A stretch of 64,000 nucleotides of DNA. It comes from the human T2T-CHM13v2.0 reference genome, Homo sapiens. A program made the translations under genes and the position numbers. Positions 57,201-64,000 of this stretch are shown piece after piece. Where the stretch lies: NCBI RefSeq assembly GCF_009914755.1, contig NC_060940.1; one strand, given 5' to 3'. Positions within the stretch are counted from its first letter, which is position 1. Every line of letters starts with the position of its first letter. The notes under the pieces are model-generated. The model saw nothing but the letters and a program-made list of their open reading frames with translations. It was not told the origin of the DNA and searched no databases.

Positions 57201-60200
57201 ATTCCGTTGGAGTCCATACGATGATTCCATTTGATTTCATTTGATGATGATTCCATTCGATGATGATTACATTGGATTCCATTCTATGATTCCATTCAAT
57301 TCCATTCGTTGATGATTCGATTCCATTCAATGATGATTCCATTTGAGTTCATTCGATGATTCTATTCGATTCCGTTCGATGGTGATTCAATTCTATTATA
57401 TTGGATGATTCCACTCGATTCCATTTGATGATTGTTCCATTGGAGTCCACTTAGTGAATCCTTTAGATTCTACTCGACGATGATTCCATTCGAGTCCATT
57501 CGATGATACCATTCAATTCCATTCGTTGATGCTTCCATTCAAGTGCATTCGATGATATCATTCGATTCCATTTGATGATAATTCCATTTGATTCCATGCG
57601 ATGATTCTATTCGATTCCATTCAATGATAATTCCATTCAATTCAGTGATTCCTATGGACTCCATTTGATGATGATTCCATTCAATGATTCCATTCGATTC
57701 TATTCGAAAATGATTCCATTTGAATCCATTTGATGATGATTCCATTAGATTCCATTTGATGATTCCATTCGATTCCATTCGACGATGATTCCATTCGATT
57801 CCGTTTGATGATTCCATTCTATTCTATTCGATGATGATTCCATTCGATTCCATTCGATGATGATTGGATTCGATTCCATTGGATGATTTCATTTGATTCC
57901 ATTCGTTAATGATTTCGATCAATTCCATTCGATGATTCCATTTGATTCCATTCGATAATGATTACATCCGAGTCCATTCGATGATTCCCTTTGAGCCCGT
58001 TCGATAATTCCATTTGAGTCCAACCAATGATTCCATTCATTTCCATTCAATGATTCCATTCGAGTCCATTTGATCATTCCGGTAGGGTCCATTCGATGTT
58101 GATTCCATTGGAGTGCATTCGATGATTCCATTCGAGTCCATTTTAGGATTTGATTCGAGTCCTTTCGATGATTCCATTCGATTCCACTCGATGATGATTT
58201 CATTCGAGTCCATTCGACACTTCCAATCGATTCCATTTGATGATTCCATTCGAGTCCAATTAATGATTCCATTCAATTCCATTCGATGATGATTCCGTAC
58301 GATTCCATTCTGTGATGATTCCATGTGATTGCATTCAATGATGATTCCTTTCGATTGCATTCGATTATGATTCATTTCGTGTTCATTCTATGGTTCCACA
58401 GGTTTCCATTCGTGTCCATTCCATTATTCCATTCTATTCCATTTGATGATGATTCCGTTCGATTCCATTCATTGGTGATTCCACTCAATTCCATTCAATG
58501 ATTCCATTCCATTTCTTTCAACAATGATTCCATTAGTTTCTAATCGATGATCCACTTGATTCCATTTGACGACGATTCCATTCTTGTCCATTCGATGATT
58601 CCATTTGATTCCATATGATGATGATCCCATTCGATTCCATACCATGATGATTCCATTCGAGTCCATTCAATGGTGATTCCTTTCAATTCCATTCGATGAT
58701 TCCTTCCGATTCCATTCGATGATGATGGCATTCGATTCCTTTCAATCATTCCCTTTGATTCCATTCAAAGGTGATTTCATTCAAGTCCATTCGATAATTG
58801 CATTCGATTCCATTCTATGATGATTCCATTCGAGTCCATTTGATGATTCCATTCAATTCAAGTCAATGATGATTCCATTCGATTCCATTCGAAGATTCCA
58901 TTGGATTCCATTCGATGATGATTCCATTCAAATCCATTCGATAATTCAATTCAAGTCCATTCGATGATGATTCCAATCGAATCCATTCAAAGATTCCATT
59001 CAGTTCCATTCGATGATTCCCTTAGATTCCATTCGATGATTCCACTTGATTGCATTTACGATGATTCCATTCGATTCCATGTGATGATTCCATTCAATTC
59101 TATTCAATGATGTCTCCATTTGATTCCATTCGACCATGATTGCCTTTGATTCCATTCAATGATTCCATTCGGTTCCGTTTGATGATGATTCCGTTCGATT
59201 CCATTTGATGATTCCATTTGATTCCATTGGATGAGTCCATTCGATTACATTCGATGATTATTCCATTCGAGTGCATTAGATGATTCCATTCGAGTCCATT
59301 CGATGATTCCATTCGATTCCATTCGATGTTGATTCTGTTCAAATCCATTCGATGATTCCACTCGATTCCATTCGTTGACTCCATTTGATCCCATTCGATG
59401 ATTTCCTTTGATTCCCTTTGATGATCATTCCATTTGATTCAATTCGGTGATTTCATTTGATTCCATTCAGTGATGTTTCCATTCGACTCCATTCGATGAT
59501 GATTCCATTCGACTCCATTCGATTATGATTTCATTCAATTCCATTCGATAATGATTCCCTTCGAGTCCATTCGATGATTCCATTCGATTCCATTCAACGA
59601 TGATTTGATTCGTGTCCATTCGATGATTCCATTTGATTCCACTTGATGATGATTCCATTCGAGTCCATTTGATGATTCCATTCAATTCCATACTCCGATG
59701 ATTTCTTTTGAGCCCACTCAATGCTTCCACTCGATTCCATATGATGATGACTCCATTCGATGAAATTCGATGATGATTCCATTCGCTTGCTTTCGATGAT
59801 GATTCCACTTGAGTCCGTTAGAAGATTCTATTCAATTACATTCCATGACGATTCCGTTCGAGTCCATTTGATGATTCCATTAGACTCCATTCGACGATGA
59901 TTCCATTCGATGTTATTCGATGATTCCATTCGATCTCATTCGATGATGATTCCATTCAACTCCATTCGATGTTTCCATTCGAGTTCATTCTATTATTCCA
60001 TTAGATTCCATTCGATGATGATTCCATTCGATTCCATTTGATGATTGCATTCTATTTCATTTGATGATGATTCCATTCGAGTCCACTCGATGATTCCATT
60101 CGAGTCCATTTAATGAATCCATTGGTTTCAATTCTATGATGATTACATTGGATTCCATTCGTTGATGATTTCATTCGGTTCCATTCAATGATGATTCCAT

Positions 60201-63200
60201 TCAATTCCTTTCAATGTTTCCATTCAATTCCATACGATGATGATTCCATTTGATTTGATTCGACAGTGAGCCATTCGATTCAATTCCATGATGATTCTAT
60301 TTGATTCAATTGGTTGACATTTCCATTCGATTCCATTCGATGATGATTCCCTTTGATTCCGTTCAAAGATGATTCCATTCTAGCCCATTCAATCATTCCA
60401 TTCGATTCTATTCAATGATGATTCCATTCATGTCGATTTGGTGATTCCATTTGACTTCATTTGATGATGATTCCTTTCAAGTTCATTAGATGATTCCATT
60501 CGATTCCATTTGATGATGATCCCATTCGAGTCCATTCAGTGATTCCATTCGTTTCCATTCCATGATGATTCCATTCCTTTCCATTCAATGATTCCATTCG
60601 ATTCCGTTTGATGATGATTTCATTCGAGTCCATTTGATGATTCCATTTGATTCCATTCGATGATGATTCCATTCGAGTCCATTCGATGATTCTATTCGAA
60701 TCCATTTGATGATTTCTTTTGATTATATTTGGTGATGATTCCATTGGAGTCCATTCAATGATTCCATTCTATTCCAATCGATGATGATTCCATTAGAGTC
60801 CATTTAATGATTCCATTTGATTCCAGTCTCTGATGATTACATTCGAGTCCATACGATGATTCCACTCAATTCCATATGATGATGATTCCATTTGATTCCA
60901 TTCGGTGATTCCATTCTATTCTATTCAATGGTGATTCCATTCGAGTACATTAGATGATTCCATTCGATTCCATTCAATGATGATTCTATTTGTGTCCCTT
61001 AGATGATTCCACATGATTCCATTAGATGATGATACTATTTGAGCCCATCCAATGATTCCCTTCGATTCCATTCGATGAGGATTCCATTCGATTCAATTCA
61101 TTGGTGATTCTATTCAATTCAATTCTTTGATTCCATTCCATTCCATTCGACAATGATTCCATTCGATTTCTTTCGATGATTCCACTCGATTCCACTTGAC
61201 ATTGATTCCATTCGATTCCATTCAATGATTCCATTTGATTCCAGTGGATGATGATTGCCATCGATTCCATTCGATCACTCCATTCTATTCCATTTGATGA
61301 TGATTACATTCGATTCCATTTGATGATTCCATCTGATTCTATTCGAGGATTCCATTTGATTCCATTCGATGATGATTCCATTCGAGTCCATTCGATGATT
61401 TCATTCGAGTACATCCAATGATTCCATTCGAGTCCATTAGATGATTCCATTTGATTCCATTTGAAAATGATTCTACTAGAGTCCATTCAATGACTCCATT
61501 CGAGTCCATTCAACAATTCCATTCGACTCCATTCGATGATTCCATTCGATTCCATTTGATGGTTCCATTCGAGTCCATTTAATCATTACAGTCGAGTCCA
61601 TTTGGTGATTCCACTGGATTTCTTTTGATAATGATACCATTCAATTACATTTGATGATGATCCCATTCAACTTCATTTGATGATGATTCCATTAGAGTCC
61701 ATTCGATGATTTCATTCGAGTCCCTTCATTGATTCCATCCGATTTCATTGGATGATGACTCCATTCGAGTCCATTCGATGATTCCACTCGATTCCATTAG
61801 ATGACTCCATTGGAGTCCATTTGATTGTTCCATTCGATTCCATTCGATTCCTTTCGAAGATTATTCCATTTGAGTCCATTCGATGATGATTCCATTCCAT
61901 TCCATTCGATGATTCCGTTTGATTCCATTCGATGATTCCCTTCGATTCCTTTCTTTGATGATTCCATTCCATTCCATTCAATGATTCCATTCGAATCTAT
62001 TCCATGATGATTCCTTTCGATTCCATTCGCTGATGTTTCCGTTCAATTCCATTCGATGATGATTCCATTCGATTCCATTCATTGAGGATTCCATTTGATT
62101 CCATTCAATGATGATTCCGTTCTATTCCATTCAATGATTGCATTCAATTCCATTCAATGATTATCCCCTTAGAGTAAACTCAACGATTCCATTCAATACC
62201 ATTCGATGATGATTCCTTTTGAGTCCATTCAATGATTTCATTCAAGTCCATTTGATGATTCCTTTCAATTCCATTCTATGATGATTCCATTCGAGTCCAT
62301 TCGATGATTCCATTCGATTGCATTCGATGATTCCATTATATTCCATTCAACGGTGATTCCATTCGAGTCCATTCCATGATTCCATTAGAGTACATTTAAT
62401 GATTGCTTTGTTTTCAATTCGAAGATGATTACATTGGATTCCATTCTATGATACCATTCGATTCCATTCAATGATGATTCCACTCAAATCCATTGGATGT
62501 TTCCATTCGTGTCCATTCGGTGATTTCATCAGATTCCATTCGAGGATGATTCCATTCGATTCCATTCGATGATTCCATTCAATTCCATTCGATGATGATT
62601 CCATTCCAGTCCATATGATCATTCCATTTGATTTCATTCGATGATGATTCCATTCGATTCCATTCGATGATTCCATTCTATTCCATTCGATGATGATTCC
62701 ATTCGAGTCCATTCGATGATTCCATTCGAGTCCATTTAATGATTCCATTGGGTTCAATTCAATGATGATTACATTGGATTCCGTTCTATGATTCCATTCA
62801 ATTCCATTCATTGACAATTTGATTCCATTCGATGATGATTCCATTTGAGTTCATTCGATGATTCTATTCGATTCTCTTCGATGGTGATTCAATTCTATTA
62901 TATTGGATGATTCCATTCGATTCCATTTGATGTTGATTCAATTCGATTCTATTCGATGATGATTCCATTGGATTTCACTTGATGATTCTATTCGATTCCA
63001 TTCAATGATGATTCACTTCTCGTCCATTGGATGATTCCATTTCATTCCATTCGATGATGATTCCATTCGATTCCATTCGATGATTCCATTTGATTCCATG
63101 CGACGGTGAGCAATTCGATTCAATTCCATGATGATTCTATTTGATTCAATTAGATGATGTTTCCATTCGAATCCATTCCATGATTATTCCATTGGAATCC

Positions 63201-64000
63201 ATTCGGCGATGATTCCATATGAGTCAATTCAATGATGATTCCATATGGGTCCGTTCGATGATAATTCCATTTGATTTCATTCGATGCTTCTATTCTATTC
63301 CAGTCGATGATGATTCCGTTGGAGTCCATACGATGATTCCATTTGATTTCATTTGATGATGATTCCATTCGATGATGATTACATTGGATTCCATTCTATG
63401 ATTCCATTCAATTCCATTCGTTGATGATTCGATTCCATTCAATGATGATTCCATTTGAGTTCTTTCGATGATTCTATTCGATTCCGTTCGATGGTGATTC
63501 AATTCTATTATATTGGATGATTCCACTCGATTCCATTTGATGATTATTCCATTGGAGTCCACTTAGTGAATCCTTTAGATTCTACTCGACGATGATTCCA
63601 TTCGAGTCCATTCGATGATACCATTCAATTCCATTCGTTGATGCTTCCATTCAAGTGCATTCGATGATATCATTCGATTCCATTTGATGATAATTCCATT
63701 TGATTCCATGCGATGATTCTATTCGATTCCATTCAATGATAATTCCATTCAATTCAGTGATTCCTCTGGACTCCATTTGATGATGATTCCATTCAATGAT
63801 TCCATTCGATTCTATTCGAAAATGATTGCATTTGAATCCATTTGATGATGATTCCATTAGATTCCATTTGATGATTCCATTCTATTCCATTCGACGATGA
63901 TTCCATTCGATTCCGTTTGATGATTCCATTCTATTCTATTCGATGATGATTCCATTCGATTCCATTCGATGATGTTTGGATTCGATTCCATTTGATGATT
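27251..64000 (+). repeat. Homogeneous array of 6112-bp higher-order repeat units (~6 copies, open to the right)
   Basis: Landmarks 31611, 37723, 43835, 49947, 56059 and 62171 are each exactly 6112 apart. ORF series such as 27359/33471/39583/45695/51807/57919 and 28907/35019/41131/47243/53355/59467 show the same period. Copies differ only by scattered substitutions. Confidence 0.97.
32582..32592 (-). promoter_or_regulatory. DUX4-consensus motif TAATTGAATCA (one per unit; representative copy)
   Basis: + strand TGATTCAATTA starts at 1443, 5893, 10342, 16478, 26518, 32582, 38694, 44806, 50918, 57030 and 63142. Its reverse complement fits the DUX4 consensus TAAYBBAATCA. DUX4 binding to HSATII is established, but occupancy of these copies cannot be shown from sequence. 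Confidence 0.5.

Larger units (their letters stand above)
1..64000 (+). repeat. Human/great-ape satellite II (HSATII/HSat2) pericentromeric array; probably HSat2B-type (chr16q11.2-like)
   Basis: Seen: continuous degenerate CATTCGATTC/CATTCGATGAT(GAT)TC monomers of 23 and 26 bp, rich in TCGA, with no strand switch and no non-satellite insert. Established: CATTCGATTC enrichment distinguishes HSat2 from (CATTC)n-dominated HSat3. The subfamily and chromosome are inferred from the 6.1-kb period and are less certain than the family call. Confidence 0.97.

Noticed and set aside
334-63857. Over 100 short minus-strand ORFs (60-132 aa; MESSNGIEWNHRM...)
   Set aside because: These are translations of the GAATG-strand monomer, which is rich in ATG and poor in stops, whereas the + strand is full of TGA. 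They overlap in several frames, are low complexity, and are gained or lost by single SNVs between units. There is no evidence of coding, so I used them only as positional markers.
1-64000. CRISPR-like array of 23-26-bp repeats
   Set aside because: The repeats are contiguous and degenerate, with no unique spacers, leader or cas genes.
1-64000. HSat3/DYZ1, alpha satellite or telomeric repeat
   Set aside because: Pure (CATTC)n runs are at most 3-4 copies and CATTCGATTC/GATGAT dominates. There is no 171-bp monomer or TTAGGG tract, and the period is not 3.6 kb.
1-64000. Inversion or large palindrome
   Set aside because: No GAATG-rich stretch was seen on the + strand, and orientation is uniform.

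Overview
The whole 64 kb is one uninterrupted, single-orientation array of classical satellite II (HSATII/HSat2). It is built from degenerate CATTC-derived 23/26-bp monomers (CATTCGATTCCATTCGATGAT[GAT]TC), with the CATTC strand on +. I see no gene, RNA gene, transposon or CRISPR array, and the ORF track only reflects the repeat read in frame. Using the landmark AGAGTAAACTCAACG (59, 4922, 9371, 15507, 25472, 31611, 37723, 43835, 49947, 56059, 62171), the window splits into three domains. (i) 1-~13750: about three copies of a ~4.45-kb unit, which is a double-deletion derivative of the main unit. (ii) ~13750-27250: a rearranged, more divergent transition zone containing a ~1.8-kb block seen nowhere else in the window. 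(iii) ~27250-64000: six near-identical copies of an exact 6112-bp unit. A ~6.1-kb period fits what is described for human HSat2B at 16q11.2, but the locus is an inference. I found no new coding system. The interest lies in satellite architecture and turnover, and in one DUX4-consensus site per unit.
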